Below, piece after piece: positions 63,819 through 64,000 of a stretch of DNA of 64,000 nucleotides; the stretch's first letter is position 1; each line of letters starts with the position of its first letter. The notes under the pieces are model-generated. The model saw nothing but the letters and a program-made list of their open reading frames with translations. It made no database searches and was not told the origin of the DNA. Origin of the DNA: Lama glama (taxonomy: Eukaryota); assembly GCA_028534125.1 (NCBI GenBank), contig CM052851.1, positions 1,922,001 through 1,986,000 of the forward strand, given 5' to 3'. The translations under genes were made by a program, and so were the position numbers.

Positions 63819-63922
63819 GTTCAGGAACCTCTCGTACTGCAGCGCCGACTCCATGGTGTTGGCCGAGTAGTCCAGCGTGTCCTTCCAGGCGTGCATGAGG
63901 AAGGCCAGGCGCAGCTGCCGCG
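63819..63922 (-). CDS. CARS1: CARS1 exon, (A)[34 protein letters not shown]; the gene continues beyond the window
   Basis: 104 nt, cccag|CG CGG...AAC|gtagg; cytoplasmic cysteinyl-tRNA synthetase. Confidence 0.96.
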
Positions 63923-64000
63923 CTGGGAGAGAAGCAGCAAGGTCCCTCAGTGTCCCTGCAGCCACCGCCGCGCGGCCGGGAGGACACACTGGGCTCTCGT

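Noticed and set aside
1-64000. CRISPR arrays, operons or prokaryotic defence systems
   Set aside because: The DNA is mammalian, with spliceosomal introns and SINE/LINE/LTR repeats; I saw no regularly spaced repeat-spacer array.

Overview
Mammalian genomic DNA. The tRNA-derived Vic-1-type SINEs point to a camelid, and the locus is syntenic with human 11p15.4 (CARS1-NAP1L4). The minus strand carries the complete NAP1L4 gene: a CpG-island promoter near 46.3-46.7 kb, 13 constitutive coding exons reconstructed by hand with consistent phases (375 codons), and two alternative C-termini (376 aa ...INPKV* or 387 aa ...ECKQQ*). It also carries the intronic H/ACA snoRNA SNORA54 and seven internal exons of CARS1; the last CARS1 exons are absent and probably lie in a 500-N gap. 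NAP1L4 intron 1 holds a decayed class I ERV (gag-pol-env, PPT, 3' LTR) in the same orientation as the gene, interrupted by a Tigger1-type element. Almost all ORFs in the supplied track are GC-rich artefacts. I found no clearly new biological system. The best leads are regulatory: a stop micro-exon with three acceptors that removes the CKQQ prenylation motif with different predicted NMD outcomes, the sense-oriented LTR about 1.9 kb upstream of the ATG exon, and a head-to-head SINE pair. Human reference sequences and repeat consensuses are recalled from memory, not searched.
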